From Patescibacteria group bacterium (lineage in GTDB: Bacteria > Patescibacteriota > Patescibacteriia > Patescibacteriales > WJLG01), in assembly GCA_028716485.1 (NCBI GenBank), contig JAQUPS010000006.1, positions 651 to 64,650 of the forward strand: 64,000 nt of DNA. The letters are read 5' to 3'. This document shows, in pieces, positions 44,244-53,500 of the stretch. Numbering within the stretch: the stretch's first letter is position 1; every line of letters starts with the position of its first letter. The notes beneath the pieces are model-generated. The model had not been told where the DNA came from. It ran no database searches and saw only the letters and a list, made by a program, of their open reading frames with translations. A program made the position numbers and the translations under genes.

Positions 44244-45500
44244 TTATTTGATTAGATCTTCAATTTCCATCAGCCGATTATATTTTGCCAGACGTTCTCC
44301 GCGGGAAAGCGAACCCGCCTTGATAAAATCAGCGCCGACCGCCACCGCCAAATCGGCGATGAAATCATCATTAGTTTCGCCGCTGCGATGTGATACCATT
44401 ATTTTGTAATTATATTTTTGCGCCAGCTTGACGCATTCCATCGTTTCGCTCAAAGTACCAACCTGATTCGGCTTGATCAAAATGGCATTGGCGACTTTTT
44501 CTTTCAGACCCTTACGGAAACGGTTGATGTTGGTGGTGAACAGATCGTCGCCGATCAGCATTATCTTGTCGCCCAATTCCGCGGTTAATTTTTTCCAGCC
44601 TGACCAATCATCTTCGCCCAAGCCGTCTTCAATGGAAATAATCGGAAATTCTTTCAGCCATTCTTCGTATAAGCCAATCAGGTCGGCGCTGGCGAAAAAA
44701 GCATTATCCAGTTTAAAAACATATTTGCCGCTTTCCTCATTATAAAGCTCCGAGGAACCGACATCAATCCCGACGCCGACATCGACTCCGGGTTTGTAGC
44801 CGGCATTAATCGCGGCGGAAACGATGAATTCGATCGCCTGCACCGAGGAAACGATATCCGGCGCGTAGCCGCCTTCGGCGCCGACATCCGTGTCAAAACC
44901 GCCTTTTTTCAAAACATTCGCCAGCTCGTGGAAGACTTCCGCGCCCAGCCTGACTTTTTCCCTGAAAGAAGTCTTGGCAAGCGGCAAAATCATAAATTCC
45001 TGAAAATCCAAATTAGTGTCGGCATGCTTGCCGCCATTGAAGATATTAAATGACGGCGTGGGCAGAGAAAGCTTGTTTTGCAGGCCGTAGATTTCGCGCA
45101 GATATTCAAACAGTTCCTGATCGCGGGATAATGCGCCGGCTCTGGCTGCCGCCAAAGAAACGGAAAGAATGGCATTGGCGCCGAGATTTTTTTTATTGGC
45201 TGTGCCGTCGAGTTGAATCATCCTTTCGTCGATTTCCGATTGTTTAATGATATCAAGGCCGATCAATTCTTTAGCGATTTTTTCATTAACATTATTAACG
45301 GCAGTCAAGACGCCCATTCCGCCGTATCTTTTTTTGTCGCCATCGCGCAGTTCGTGCGCCTCATGGATGCCGGTCGAAGCGCCGGACGGCACGCTGGCTT
45401 TAGCGGCAAGGCCGTTGTCCAAAATAACTTTCGTTTCCACGGTCGGATTGCCCCGTGAATCCAAAATTTCCCGCGCGATGATATTTTTTATTTTAGGCAT
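44244..45500 (-). CDS. eno: enolase
   Basis: IIAREILDSRGNPTVE, SGASTGIHEA, IKPNQVGTLSET, SHRSGETND. Confidence 0.97.
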   Translation of the reverse strand: MPKIKNIIAREILDSRGNPTVETKVILDNGLAAKASVPSGASTGIHEAHELRDGDKKRYGGMGVLTAVNNVNEKIAKELIGLDIIKQSEIDERMIQLDGTANKKNLGANAILSVSLAAARAGALSRDQELFEYLREIYGLQNKLSLPTPSFNIFNGGKHADTNLDFQEFMILPLAKTSFREKVRLGAEVFHELANVLKKGGFDTDVGAEGGYAPDIVSSVQAIEFIVSAAINAGYKPGVDVGVGIDVGSSELYNEESGKYVFKLDNAFFASADLIGLYEEWLKEFPIISIEDGLGEDDWSGWKKLTAELGDKIMLIGDDLFTTNINRFRKGLKEKVANAILIKPNQVGTLSETMECVKLAQKYNYKIMVSHRSGETNDDFIADLAVAVGADFIKAGSLSRGERLAKYNRLMEIEDLIK

Positions 45501-45530
45501 AAATTATAAAATCCTAAATATTAAATTATA

Positions 45531-45707
45531 AATCCGAAACGAATTAGAAATACTAAGCGCGAAATTCGAAATAAATTGTTATCAACAAGATATAGCGTAA
45601 ATTTTGGAGCTTCAGCCGTTTCGGATTTTGTATTTCGTTTTTCGGATTTACGAAGTTCGTAGTATTCGGATATTTTGTAGATTCGGATTATATTTTTTTA
45701 TTCCGCG
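45531..45707. repeat. periodic inverted repeats (aatccga/tcggatt and tacgaa/ttcgta units)
   Basis: aaatccgaaacgaatt...cgaaattcgaaat on the left faces gtttcggatttt...tttcggatttacgaagttcgtagtattcggat...attcggatt on the right. Confidence 0.65.
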
Positions 45708-46859
45708 CTAATTCAACCCCGGCATCTTCTCCTCGCCCAGATACGCGAGCATCGCGCCGCCGCCGGTGGAAATCCAGTCGACATAAGCTTCCATTTTGGT
45801 AAGCTTCAAGGCTTCCAGAGTTTCGCCGCCGCCGACCACGCCGAAAGTCTTGCCCCGGGAGCGGGCGGCAATCAGCTGCCCAAGCGCGACGGTGCCATGG
45901 CGGAAATGAGGCTGTTCAAAAGCGCCCAGCGGCCCGTTCCAGACGATTGTCTTGGCTTGCTTGATTATCGCCGCGTAAAGCATAATCGTCTGCGGTCCGA
46001 TATCTAAAATAATGTCGTTTTTACTGATATTATCGATCAATTTGGCCTCGCCAGCGTTCGGACGCTCAACTACCGCGTCAATCGGCAAAACAATTTTCCT
46101 GTTGCTTAAAAGTTTTTTGGCTACCGCGACGCTCTCTTTATCGAACAAGGATTTGCCGATATTCATCCCCATCGCTTTGAAAAAATTATTGGCCAGCGCG
46201 CCGCCGATCAAAATCTTCTCGGCTTTATCCTGCAGATTCTTGATTAAATTGATTTTGGTCTTGATTTTCGCGCCACCCATCACGATAATAAGAGGTTTGG
46301 CCGGGTGCTTTATTTTATCCAAATTAAAAATTTCCTTTTCCAGCAAGAATCCGGCATAGGACGGCAGATAGCGGCGGATAGCGTCAACCGAGGCGTGGGC
46401 GCGATGGCAAACCGAAAAAGCATCATTGATATAAATATCAGCCAGCGACGCCAGCCGTTTGGCGAATTTTTTGTCATTTTGTTCCTCGCCTTTGTCAAAA
46501 CGCAGATTTTCCAAAAAAATTATTTCTCCGACCTTTTCCGTTTTGATTATCCGGTCAGCCCTGTTTCCCGTCGCTTCATCCGCGAATCTAACCCGGTTGC
46601 CGCCCAAAATAAAATTTAAGCGCTTAGCTAAAAATTTGCAGGATAGTTTGGGCACGGTTATTCCTCCCGGGTCGCCCAAATGCGTGGCTAAAATTATCCG
46701 GCAGCGATAGCGCAACAAAAACCGGATGGTTGGCAAGGCCGCTAAAATTTTGGTTTCATCTTTGATCTTGCCATTCTCAACCGGCACGTTAAAATCAACC
46801 CGCAAGAAAACCGTCTTGCCCTTGATATGCTTGATATTGCCAATCGATTTCAACTTCAT
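45708..46859 (-). CDS. pgk: phosphoglycerate kinase
   Basis: VFLRVDFNVP, ILATHLGDP, GGAKIKTKI, STGGGAMLAYL. Confidence 0.95.
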   Translation of the reverse strand: MKLKSIGNIKHIKGKTVFLRVDFNVPVENGKIKDETKILAALPTIRFLLRYRCRIILATHLGDPGGITVPKLSCKFLAKRLNFILGGNRVRFADEATGNRADRIIKTEKVGEIIFLENLRFDKGEEQNDKKFAKRLASLADIYINDAFSVCHRAHASVDAIRRYLPSYAGFLLEKEIFNLDKIKHPAKPLIIVMGGAKIKTKINLIKNLQDKAEKILIGGALANNFFKAMGMNIGKSLFDKESVAVAKKLLSNRKIVLPIDAVVERPNAGEAKLIDNISKNDIILDIGPQTIMLYAAIIKQAKTIVWNGPLGAFEQPHFRHGTVALGQLIAARSRGKTFGVVGGGETLEALKLTKMEAYVDWISTGGGAMLAYLGEEKMPGLN

Positions 46860-46864
46860 ATATT

Positions 46865-48058
46865 TTATTTATATTCTTGTAGTTTTACTTTGACCGAATT
46901 TTCCGCGCCGGCGCGGCGGTAGATAATATTAATTTCATCGCCGGCCGCGTAATTTTCCAAGATGTTCCGCAAATCACGGGTGGCATCGATATTTACATTG
47001 TCCACGGAAATAATGATATCACCGGCTTGCAAACCGGCCGCGGCGGCGGCGCCGCCTAATTTTACCGCCGGTATTTTAGTGTTGGAATAGATCAAGGCGC
47101 CTTTATCGAATCCAACATCTTTAATCGCGTATTCCTGCAAATTAACATAACTGATCCCAAGCGAAGCGCGCTTGCTTTCTTTACCTTGCAGCAATCCCTT
47201 GACCAGGGGCTGGAAATCATAAATCTGGACCGGCCCGTTTTTTTTATCAAAATAGCCGACTACCTGGCTGTCCAGGCTGAAAATAAAAACCTCGTTGAAA
47301 TAATCGCCCAGGTTGTTGGCGAAAATAATGTTCGGCGAGCTGACGTCGCTGTCTTTGACCGATTGATCCGCCGCGACCTTGTCAACGATCGAAGTCAGAT
47401 AGCTTTCTCCCTGCCAATTCAAAGCCACCAGCGACTGGCTATTGGCCAGATCCATCTTGGAAACAAAACTTTTAACCGGCAAATCCCTGGCATTGGCCAG
47501 ATGAACAAAAACAAAAGAATTAATTCCGGTCGGGCTGATCTTGTCGATATTATAAATGTTCTTGGTTTTAGTGATGACGACAAAACTTTTTAACGCCGTA
47601 TTTTCCGGAATATTCTTGGTAAAATCCGAGGTGAGCACCCAGCCGTCGCTGGTCACGACGATCCCCTCGCTAACCGCGTCATTCAACCGATAATAATCGG
47701 CGATGGCAAAGGGCTTTCCCGCTGCCGCGACTGAACTGGTCGCCGCCGCTGGATTTTTTTTAAAGACGCCGACCAGGCTGTTTTGGCTCGCGCTGATGGT
47801 GTCATTGATTTTGTTTTCCTGGCCGGCAATAATTTTTTTGGCGCTTTCAATGACCGAATTGGCCTGGCGCAAACTATCCTGCGAAGTATCGATTTGCCCG
47901 CCAGCCGGCTGCTGGCTGATATTGAGGGACAAATAAGGCCGGGCGACAATTATCGCGGCCGCTCCCCCGCCGATTCCCAATAAAAGAGCCAAAGCAAAAA
48001 TCACAAAAATATTTAAATGATACCCGCGCTTTTCGATTAATGAATTCTTTTCTCTCAT
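46865..48058 (-). CDS. membrane-anchored HtrA-like protein with PDZ domain but no recognisable catalytic triad
   Basis: TM anchor. IVVTSDGWVLTSDF sits where HtrA has ...ILTNNHV, and there is no GNSGG. C-terminal PDZ (GLQAGDIIISVDNVNI). Confidence 0.65.
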   Translation of the reverse strand: MREKNSLIEKRGYHLNIFVIFALALLLGIGGGAAAIIVARPYLSLNISQQPAGGQIDTSQDSLRQANSVIESAKKIIAGQENKINDTISASQNSLVGVFKKNPAAATSSVAAAGKPFAIADYYRLNDAVSEGIVVTSDGWVLTSDFTKNIPENTALKSFVVITKTKNIYNIDKISPTGINSFVFVHLANARDLPVKSFVSKMDLANSQSLVALNWQGESYLTSIVDKVAADQSVKDSDVSSPNIIFANNLGDYFNEVFIFSLDSQVVGYFDKKNGPVQIYDFQPLVKGLLQGKESKRASLGISYVNLQEYAIKDVGFDKGALIYSNTKIPAVKLGGAAAAAGLQAGDIIISVDNVNIDATRDLRNILENYAAGDEINIIYRRAGAENSVKVKLQEYK

Positions 48059-48077
48059 ATGAATGACAAGATAATAA

Positions 48078-48815
48078 CTAAGCCCATCTGGCGCTTAAGA
48101 ATATCAAAAGCAAAAAAATAAATCCGGATGCCAAGTATAATTTAACGCTGCGGCCAGTTAATTTTTCCGCCAGCGATAATTTAACGAAACTGATTAGCAA
48201 ATAATAGCAGATGACGGCGATCAATCCCAAGGCATTGTAATTAAAAGGCAGAAAATAAACGGCCCAGGCAAGCTCGACGAGCAGAAGTCCGGCCAGAAAG
48301 GCATAGGCGAGCATATTTTCGGCCTGGATTTTATTGGCCCACAGAATTTGATAAATTATCAGAATCATTGCCGCGCCCGAGCATAAAATCAAGAGCCAGA
48401 TCGGCAAACCAAGAAAAGATTCCAAGCCGTAAATAACCGAAAAGCAGAAAAAGACGGTCAGCAGGTTGCCATAAGCGGAAATATTTTCCAAAAAATCCCG
48501 CTGGGCGCCGCGATAAATATTTTTTAAATAAAAGTAGGTGAAAAAAAGATTCAGAACGAACAAAAGATGGATCAAGGTATGATTGACGGCCAATAACGAA
48601 TAAGCGGCCAAGGAGCTGGAAAAGAGAATGGGGAAAATCGAAAAATTCCAAAAATCTCTGCTGATAATTTTTTTTCCGGTTATTATCCGCACCGCCAGCA
48701 AGAGCAATAAATCGGAAATGAGTATCACGGCGTAAAATAAATTAGCCTTGAAGAAAAACACTTCAAAGAGGATGAAATTCAACAACGGAGTAATGATAAT
48801 TACAAAGTAAACCAT
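48078..48815 (-). CDS. multi-pass membrane protein, hypothetical
   Basis: 245 aa with ~8 TM helices. Confidence 0.55.
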   Translation of the reverse strand: MVYFVIIITPLLNFILFEVFFFKANLFYAVILISDLLLLLAVRIITGKKIISRDFWNFSIFPILFSSSLAAYSLLAVNHTLIHLLFVLNLFFTYFYLKNIYRGAQRDFLENISAYGNLLTVFFCFSVIYGLESFLGLPIWLLILCSGAAMILIIYQILWANKIQAENMLAYAFLAGLLLVELAWAVYFLPFNYNALGLIAVICYYLLISFVKLSLAEKLTGRSVKLYLASGFIFLLLIFLSARWA

Positions 48816-48842
48816 TTTTTATAACAAGGTATAATTATACCA

Positions 48843-49095
48843 TTAATTAATCGACCAATTGTATTTCAATTTAATCACAGCTTGATTGATTTTATTCGGT
48901 TGACATTCAAATCCATTGAATATCACGCCTATTTTGTTACTACATCAAGCCTGATTTTTGTGTTTCAAACATTGCGCCATCGCTATATCCCGCATGGCTT
49001 TTTCCGCATCAATTCTTCAGCCGTATTTTTCCTGAAAATTTTTAATATCAGTCAAATTACTGATTATGTATTTATTAATGTCAATTAAGGTGATC
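48843..49095 (-). pseudogene. degraded 4th copy of the C-terminal cassette
   Basis: Minus-strand reading gives MITLIDINKYIISNLTDIKNFQEKYG*RIDAEKAMRDIAMAQCLKHKNQA*CSNKIGVIFNGFECQPNKINQAVIKLKYNWSIN*. It has two in-frame stops and is truncated after KLKYN. Confidence 0.7.
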
Positions 49096-49108
49096 ATTTA
49101 TAATCTTT

Positions 49109-49225
49109 TAAAATCCTGAAAAATTATGAATAATATCCTTATAGTGAAAAAAGGCAAAATTGAAATTAAAATCATCACTAAAAACGAAAACAAAATAATT
49201 GTTATTTTTTTTCTTTAAACTTTCC
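49109..49225 (-). CDS. 38-aa remnant of a small ORF (MESLKKK...)
   Basis: My own translation. The N-terminus resembles MENLKKK of 50231-50551. Below the ORF-track size threshold. Confidence 0.3.
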
Positions 49226-49232
49226 ATAAATT

Positions 49233-49550
49233 TTAAAATTTACTGATTAAATATTTTATATCCTCTTTTATTATATTATACCCCGCCTGATTAATCCATT
49301 TAGTGAGCAAAAACACATTCAATTTGGTTAAAATCAGATTGTATTTTAATTTAATTAACGCTTGATTAATTTTGCTAAACTGATATTCGAACCTGTCAAA
49401 TGTTTTTCCAATTTTTGCATCGCACCAGGCTTGATTTTTATGCTTCAAACATTGCGCCATGGCTTTGTCCCGCATTACTTTTTCTTTATCGATTCTCTGG
49501 CCGTATTTTTCCTGGAAATTTTTAATAACTGAGGACTGCGCCGGAACCAA
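49233..49550 (-). CDS. orphan C-terminal cassette 3
   Basis: From IKNFQEKYGQRIDK onward it is collinear with the last ~95 aa of the 1503-aa protein. The 5' homology is shorter than in cassette 2. Confidence 0.55.
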   Translation of the reverse strand: MVPAQSSVIKNFQEKYGQRIDKEKVMRDKAMAQCLKHKNQAWCDAKIGKTFDRFEYQFSKINQALIKLKYNLILTKLNVFLLTKWINQAGYNIIKEDIKYLISKF

Positions 49551-49583
49551 AATAGCTGAATTAAAACAAATAACCCGGCTTTT

Positions 49584-49832
49584 TTAGCCCAAAGGAATTA
49601 AATTGGTGTTACCATTATATAAATTTATTATAGCGAAAACTAATAAAATAAAATAAAATAAAATAAAATAAAATAAATGGCGTTTTTTATCGCCTAACTT
49701 AATCAGCAAAAATGGAAATATGAAAATAAAATAAACAATGTAGATAAAAATATCAAACAAATGAAAGACAAATAACAAAAGAAAAGGAATTAAAAATAAC
49801 AAGAAAATTATAACTTCTTTGTACTTTTTCAT
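49584..49832 (-). CDS. small very hydrophobic F/L/I-rich membrane protein (cassette partner 2)
   Basis: 82-aa ORF 4 nt downstream of cassette 2. Contains the (TTTAT)7 tract. Confidence 0.5.
   Translation of the reverse strand: MKKYKEVIIFLLFLIPFLLLFVFHLFDIFIYIVYFIFIFPFLLIKLGDKKRHLFYFILFYFILLVFAIINLYNGNTNLIPLG
49643..49677. repeat. pentanucleotide microsatellite (ATAAA)x7 inside a CDS
   Basis: Seven perfect units counted. Encodes FYFILFYFILL on the minus strand. Confidence 0.9.
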
Positions 49833-49836
49833 AAAT

Positions 49837-50184
49837 TTAGTTTAATTTATTAATTAAATATTTTACATCCTCTCTAATCATATTATATCCTGCTTGATTA
49901 ATCCATTTTACCCGCAAATATACATCCAATTTGGTTAAAATTAAATTATATTTTAATTTAATCAAGGCTTGATTAAATCTGCTAAGCTGATATTCAATTC
50001 TGTTGAATATCTTTCCGATTTTTGCATCGCACCAGGCTTGATTTTTATGCTTCAGGCATTGAGCCATTGCCTTGTCCCGCATCGTCTTTTCTTTATCGAT
50101 TCTTTGACCATATTTTTCCTGAAAATTTTTAATGTCGGTCAAATCGTTGATTAAACCATTCTTTGCTTCAACTTTTGTGATCAT
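49837..50184 (-). CDS. orphan C-terminal cassette 2
   Basis: 115-aa ORF. DNA homology to the main gene extends upstream of its ATG to ~50222. Confidence 0.6.
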   Translation of the reverse strand: MITKVEAKNGLINDLTDIKNFQEKYGQRIDKEKTMRDKAMAQCLKHKNQAWCDAKIGKIFNRIEYQLSRFNQALIKLKYNLILTKLDVYLRVKWINQAGYNMIREDVKYLINKLN

Positions 50185-50230
50185 TTTCTCGTCATAGGCG
50201 CGATTGACATCGGTAATTGTGCCAATATTT

Positions 50231-50551
50231 TTACAATATCGTCATGTGACCAAAAGCATTTATTAGACCCATGTAGGTATATATATATATAGCAATATAC
50301 GGAATAATTAAAAATAAAATGATAAAAATTATTTTACTGATTATTTTTTTTAAACCAGACAATCTAAACGGAATAAAAAATAAAAATGGGTGAGTAAATA
50401 GTAAATAAAACCCCAGGTATCCGGAAAAATCAAAATTATCACTACGGCCATTTTTACCTAAAAATAGAGCTATAAAAAAAATAACAAAGAAAGACACCCA
50501 ATAAAGCAATGCTGGCGCGAACATTTTAATTTTTTTCTTTAAATTTTCCAT
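50231..50551 (-). CDS. small hydrophobic membrane protein (cassette partner 1)
   Basis: 106-aa ORF 5 nt downstream of the giant gene, with 3 TM helices. Contains a (TA)7 tract at 50278-50291. Confidence 0.55.
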   Translation of the reverse strand: MENLKKKIKMFAPALLYWVSFFVIFFIALFLGKNGRSDNFDFSGYLGFYLLFTHPFLFFIPFRLSGLKKIISKIIFIILFLIIPYIAIYIYTYMGLINAFGHMTIL

Positions 50552-50556
50552 AAGTA

Positions 50557-53500
50557 TTATAACTTACTAATTAAATATTTCATATCACCCCTTATTATAT
50601 TATATCCACTCTGATTTATCCATTTAGTGCGCAAAAACACATCCAATTTGGTTAAAATCAGATTATATTTTAATTTAATCAGGGCCTGATTGATTTTATT
50701 AAGCTGATATTCAAATCTATCAAATATCGTATCTATTTTCTTAGTACACCAGACTTGATTTTTATATTTCAAGCATTGAGCCATGGCCTTATCCCGCATG
50801 ACTTTCCCTTTATCAATTCTTTGACCGTATTTTTCCTGAAAATTTTTAATGTCAGTCAAATCGTTGATTAAACCATTCTTTGCTTCAACTTTTGTGATCA
50901 TTTTCTCGTCATAGGCGCGATTGACATCGGCAATCGTACCATTAATATCAGTGATTACGGAAAAATTAATGATTTGTTCGGCTTGATTTCCGGCTAAATC
51001 TTGAATAGCGATTTTAACCTGATGCGAGCCGAGATTTTGTTTAAATAAATCAATGGTGTTTGAGTTGATAGTCTGGCCATTAAAATAAATTTTGGCGGTG
51101 GCAGTATTAATGCCGGAAAAATTATCAGCTGCGAAATACTCAACGTCCAGCGCGTTATTGCGCAAAACTTCCTGGCCTTCCTGCGGCAACAAAACGCTGA
51201 TAATTGGTTTGATTTGATCTACTTCTATAGTCGCTGTTTGATTCGCTTCTTGATTTCCCGCCTTATCGATGGAACGGTAAATAATATTATGTTCGCCGTC
51301 TCCTGACAAAATTATCTTATCTACATAATCCTGCCAGACCTGGCCGTCATCCAAACTGTATTCAGTTTTCAGAACTCCGGAATTGTCATCGGTGGCGGAT
51401 AATTTTATCTGGACATCGGAAACATAATAGCCGTTATTGCCAGCTTGACCGGAAATGTTTATAGTCGTTTGCGGAGCGGTCAGATCGTTTATTTGTTCAC
51501 CGGTGAGCACCGAATCCGGGGCTATAGTTTTATCAATCGTACCATCACCATTAGAATCAACTTTGGCCAAATACTGCGTTTGGTTATCGGAAATATCATA
51601 TTCAACATTGGCAGCGGCAGAATCAAGCTTGACCGAATCAAAATAAGCGAATTGGATTGGCTGGCTATTTTCTATTTTTTGAATCGTAATACCTAACTCG
51701 CCGCTGGAAGTGGCTTGGTTGACGACGCGGTAAGAGTGGCCGGCTGGCAAAAACGCATATTTATCATTACCTAAAATATCATAAGTTACGCCGGGAATAT
51801 TTTCTTCAATATCACCGTCGACGGTCGGACCGGTGTGATTGCCATTTTCATCATAGATATTTAATTCTACCGGGCTGTGAGAACCGACTTGGGTTCCGTT
51901 AATACTTTTACAAATTCTCTGCTGGTCTTGGCTTTGACCTAAATTTGAATATTGCGAAAAATTAAAATTATTTTCATTACCGCTCAAAATTGACGTGACA
52001 AGTTGGCGAACGCCGTTTGCGCTTGGAATATAGCCATGGGTTGTGGCATTGGTATAATATTGATGGCTACCGAATGGAATGGCGCTTTTTAGAGGCACCG
52101 TGCCATCGCCGTCAACCGGAGGCAATGCCCAATTTCCATTGCCTTTTTTCTCTACCCCGGCATAGGTGGCTTGACCGCAACCGATGATATTATAGTAATT
52201 GTCAGAATTGGGTAGATTGTCTATCCTGCTATGCAATTCATCGTTGACATTGACTGCGTTTATTCCAACATAACCGAGTAAAAAATTATTTCTTCCTTGA
52301 TCGTTTAAAAATGACATTGACTGATCATAATTGAGCGGACTTAAAATGCCAACGTTCTGATTGCCACCGGCGATATCGTAGATGTAGCTACTGGTTATGG
52401 GAAGGCCGGGAATGTCTGATTCAAAATATTTACGGCTGGGAAGAAGTTGATAAATGGAGGGCATGTTTTGGGAAATAGACTTAACTTCATCTGGATTTAA
52501 TCTAAATATCCCAGAAAAATTTATATCCAAATCATCTCCATAATTCAATATTTTAAAAGCGCTTGGCGAACCTAAATGCGGCGTAGCAATATCAATAAAT
52601 TTATCAATGTTATCATTGCCATTTTTATCAATGTAGTCCTTGACCAATAATCCACCCATACTGTGGGCAATAATATCCACTTTTTCTGCGCCGGTTTGAT
52701 TTTTTATATCAATTATTTTTTGTTTTAAAGTTGCTTGCCAAATGGACTGACTGTCACCAGTAGTCGAATCAAGATTCATCCGCCAATCATAGGGAAAAAC
52801 AAATAAATCTTTATTCTCTTCGTAACCATTATTTTCTAATTCTTCTATCAACCCCCTAAAAAAATCTCTATCAATTAAAACTTTTCCTATAATTTCAAGA
52901 TGCACATCTCTAAAAATATCTGCCGAATTTGCTATCGGATTATTCTCGTCTTGATTCCCGTATTGATCCAATTTTAACGCGTTCAAATAACTATCCGACC
53001 CCGGCAATGCCATTAGCGCAAAATTCGGCCAAAGCTCGTCGCCAGAAAGATAATCCTTTAAATAACTCCCCAAAATCCCCGGCACGATGATTACCGGATT
53101 GCGCGCGAGCGAAAAATCCGTAGCAACGGCAGGGTTGCTCATTGTTTGCCAGGCCGAGGCATTGCTTTGCGAATCCACCGCTCTTGCCTGCCAGTGATAT
53201 TGGTCATTTGATAAATTCAATAAAGCTACCGAAGCAATCTGACCGGAAGCGACAAAACTACTGGTCGCGGTGGGCACGCCGGTAAATGCGGTTCCTGATG
53301 GTTGGACTTCAACCTGCAACTGCGTCTGGTTGTTCGCGGGGTTAGTTAGCGTGCCCCGAAACACCACAATGTTTTCTGTGATGCTTACGCCCACGGAAAT
53401 CGGAGTTGTGCCGTCAAACCTAAACTGACCGAGATTAGAAAGTTGGGGAATTGGAATTGTCCCGTTATTTGTTATCGTGATTTGCTCCGAACCGCTAACC

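Noticed and set aside
48843-50940. Diversity-generating retroelement (template/variable repeat) explanation for the repeated C-terminal segments
   Set aside because: No reverse transcriptase gene is visible in the window. Differences between copies are not confined to adenine positions, and the copies include flanking small ORFs. Segmental duplication or a cassette architecture fits better. An RT outside the window cannot be excluded.
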